The position numbers were made by a program, and so were the translations under genes. This document shows, in pieces, positions 61,066-64,000 of a DNA stretch of 64,000 nt (position 1 is its first letter; every line of letters begins with the position of its first letter). The DNA is taken from NCBI RefSeq assembly GCF_009914755.1, contig NC_060937.1; one strand, given 5' to 3'. This DNA is from the human T2T-CHM13v2.0 reference genome, Homo sapiens. Under the pieces are notes generated by a model. That model saw only the letters and a list, made by a program, of their open reading frames with translations. It ran no database searches and was not told the origin of the DNA.

Positions 61066-64000
61066 CATTCCACTCCACTTTATTTCCTTCCACTAAAATC
61101 CACTCCAGTCCACTCTACTCCACTCAATTCCACTCCACTCCATTCGATTCCATTCCACTGCACTATATTCCACTCCCCTCCATTCCATTGCACTCTATTT
61201 GACTCCACTCCATACCATTCCATTCTATTGCACTCCACTTCTCTCCACTCCACTCCAAGCCACTCCATTCCATTCCATTCCACTCCACTCCATTCCACAA
61301 CATTGCGTTTCATTCCACTCCACTCCATTCTATTCCATTCCACTCCACTCCACTCCACCCCAGGCCTCTCCTGTCCACTCCACTCCACTCCACTCCATTC
61401 CACTCCACTCCACTCCACTCCATTCCACTCCATTCCATAATATTACGTTCCACATGATTCCATTCCATTCCACTCCAGTCCATTTCAATCCATTCCAGTA
61501 AATTCCACTCCACTCCATTCCATTCCATTCCACTCCACTCCATTCCATTCCATTCCACTCCACTCCATTCCATTCCACTCCACTCCACTCCACTCCACTC
61601 CATTCCACCACACTCCACTCCATTCCATTCTACTCCATTCCATTCCATTACGTTCCACACGATTCCATTCCATTCCACTCCAGCCCATTCCACTCCATTC
61701 CAGTAAATTCCACTCCATTCCATTCCATTCCATTCCATTCCATTCCATTCCATTCCACTCCACTCCATTCCATTCCACTCCACTCCATTCCTTTCCATTC
61801 CACTCCACTCCATTCCACCACACTCCACTCCATTCCATTCCACTCCATTCCATTCCATTCCATTCTACTCCATTCCATTCCATTCCACTCCAGTCCATTC
61901 CACTCCATTCCAGTCCATTCCACTCCACTCCATTCCATTCCACACCACTCCACTCCACCCACTCCTCTCCACTCCACTCCACTGCATTGCACTCACTCCA
62001 CTCCACTCCATTCTGCTCCACTGCACTCCACCCCATTCCATCCCATTCCACTCCGTTCTTTCGACAGGATCTCCCTCTGTCACACAGGCTGTAGCTCAGT
62101 GGCACAATCTCAGCACACATTTCTTTCCGTTGCATTCCGTTTCGTTCCATTCCATTGTTTTAGACTCCACTCCATTCCACTCCACTCCACTCCACTCCAT
62201 TCCTTCCAACTCCATTCCAGTTCATTCCATTCCACGCATTTCCATTCCATTCCACTCCAGTCCATTCCACTCCATTCCATTCCATTCAACTCCACTCCAT
62301 TCCATTCCACTACAATCCAATCCATTCCATTTCACTACACTTCATTCCATTCAACTCCTCTCCACTCCATTCCACTCCACTCCACTCCACTGCACTCCAC
62401 TCCACTACATTACACCACACTCCAACCCATTCCACTCCTTTCTTTTGACAGGGTCTCTTGTCACACAGGCTGTAGCGCAGTGGCACAATCTCAACACCTA
62501 TTTCCTTCCATTCTATTCCATTCAACACCATTCCACTCCACTCGACTTCACTCCACTCCATTCCACTACATTCCATTCCATTCCACTCCATTCCAGTAAA
62601 TTCCACTCCACTCCATTCCATTCCATTCCACTCAATTCCATTCCATTCCATTCCACTCCATTCCATTCCATTGCACTCCACTCCACTCGATTCCACTACC
62701 CTCCACTCCATTCCCTTCCATTCCATTTCATCCCAATCCATTCCATTCCACTAGATTCCTTTCCACTCCACTCCAGTCTATTCCACACAACAGCAGTCTA
62801 TTCCACTCCACTTCATTCCATTCCTCTCCACTCCACTCCATTCCATTCCACTCCACTCCACTCCTCTCTACTGCATTCCACTCCTCTCCACACCACTCCA
62901 TCCCATTCCACTCCATCCCATTCCACTCCTTTCTTTCGACAGGATCTCCCTCTATCACACAGGCTGTAGCACAGTTGCACAATCTCAGCACCCATTCCGT
63001 TCCATTCCATTCCATTCCATTCCATTCCATTCTATTCATTTCCACTCCACTCCAATCCAATATATTACATTCCCTCCGATTCCGTTCCACTTCATTCCAC
63101 TACTCTACACTTCGCTGCACTCCGTTCTACTCCATTCCACTCCATTCCTTTCCACTCCACTCAAGTCCACTCCATTCCATTCTATTCCATTATTTTCCAT
63201 TCCATTCTTTTCCATTCCACTGCACTCCACTACCCTCCACTCTATTGCACTCCACTCCACTCCACTTCATTCCATTCCATTCCGTTGTTCTCTAATCCAC
63301 TCCACGCCACTCCATTCCATTCAACTCCGCTTCATTCCTTTCCAGTTCATTAAACTCCACTCCATTCCACTCCACTCCACTTCCTTCCATTCCAGTACAT
63401 TCTATTTCACTCCATTCCACTCCATTCCTTTCCAGTTCATTCCACTCCACTCCATTCCACTCCACTCCTATTCTTTCCATTCCACTCCATTCCATTTCGC
63501 TCCATTCCACTCCATTCCATTCCACTCCACTCCAATCCATTCCAGTACACTCCATTTCATTCCACTCCACTCCACTCCATTCTATTCCACTCCACTCCAC
63601 TCCATTCCGTTCTACTCGAATCCATTCCTTTCCACTCCAGTCCATTCCATTCCACTCCACTCCTATCCATTTCACTGCATTCCACTCCATTCCATTTCTT
63701 TCCACTCCACTCCATTTCATTTCTTTCCACTCCACTCCTCTCATCTCCACTCCACTCTAACCCATTCTACTCCTTTTTTCGACAGGATCTTCCTCTGTCA
63801 CACACGCTGTAGTGCTGAGTCACAAACTCAGCACCCATTCCATTCCATTCCATTCTATTCCACTCCACTCCACACCATTCCACTGCACTCCACTCCATCC
63901 CATTCCTCTCCATTCTTTCGAAAGGATCTCCCTCTGTCACACAGGTTGCAGTGCAGTGGCACCATCTCAGAACCACTTCCGTTCCGTTTCGTTGCACTCT

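Larger units (their letters stand above)
25795..64000. repeat. Diverged (CATTC/CACTC)n satellite (HSat3-type) interspersed with ~90 Alu 3'-end fragments; continues past the window end
   Basis: Continuous 5-bp periodicity with the C/T-rich strand on +; recurring cassette ttctttcgacaggatctcactctgtcacccaggctggagtgcagtggcacaatctcagctcac. Confidence 0.97.

Noticed and set aside
25744-64000. Hundreds of long ORFs (HSIPF/HSTPL and MEWNG/VEWSG repeats, up to 639 aa)
   Set aside because: CATTC/CACTC pentamers and their complements contain no stop codons, so long overlapping ORFs in all frames are expected artefacts.
25950-64000. CRISPR-like look of a conserved cassette with variable spacers
   Set aside because: The repeat is an Alu fragment, the spacers are satellite of 100-1000 bp, there are no cas genes, and the context is primate.
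25795-64000. Classification as HSat2 or classical HSat3B/DYZ1
   Set aside because: No regular CATTCGATTC pattern and no recurring ACTCGGGTTG decamer were seen; the ~3.6 kb period alone does not imply DYZ1.

Overview
Primate (most likely human or great-ape) pericentromeric-type DNA with no supportable host protein-coding gene. 1-25.8 kb is an AT-rich transposon mosaic: a full-length but inactivated ~6.1 kb L1PA (L1PA4/5-like, minus strand), two 5'-truncated L1PAs (one apparently with a short 3' transduction), four Alus, MER47A, MER5A, MER21 and MER34-like LTRs, and old L2/MIR/L1M remnants. At 25794/25795 an internal L1 ORF2 fragment is fused to a satellite that runs to the window end. The satellite is a diverged (CATTC/CACTC)n HSat3-type array, interrupted about 90 times (hand count 91, mean spacing ~420 bp) by the same ~50-60 bp AluJ-like 3'-end fragment, always in the same orientation. 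Variants of this fragment recur in a fixed order, which suggests a degenerate ~11-monomer, ~3.6 kb higher-order repeat, a switch between two subfamilies near 51 kb, and several young tandem duplications (411, 214 and 199 bp). All family names come from recalled consensus sequences, not database searches; satellite coordinates and counts were made by eye.
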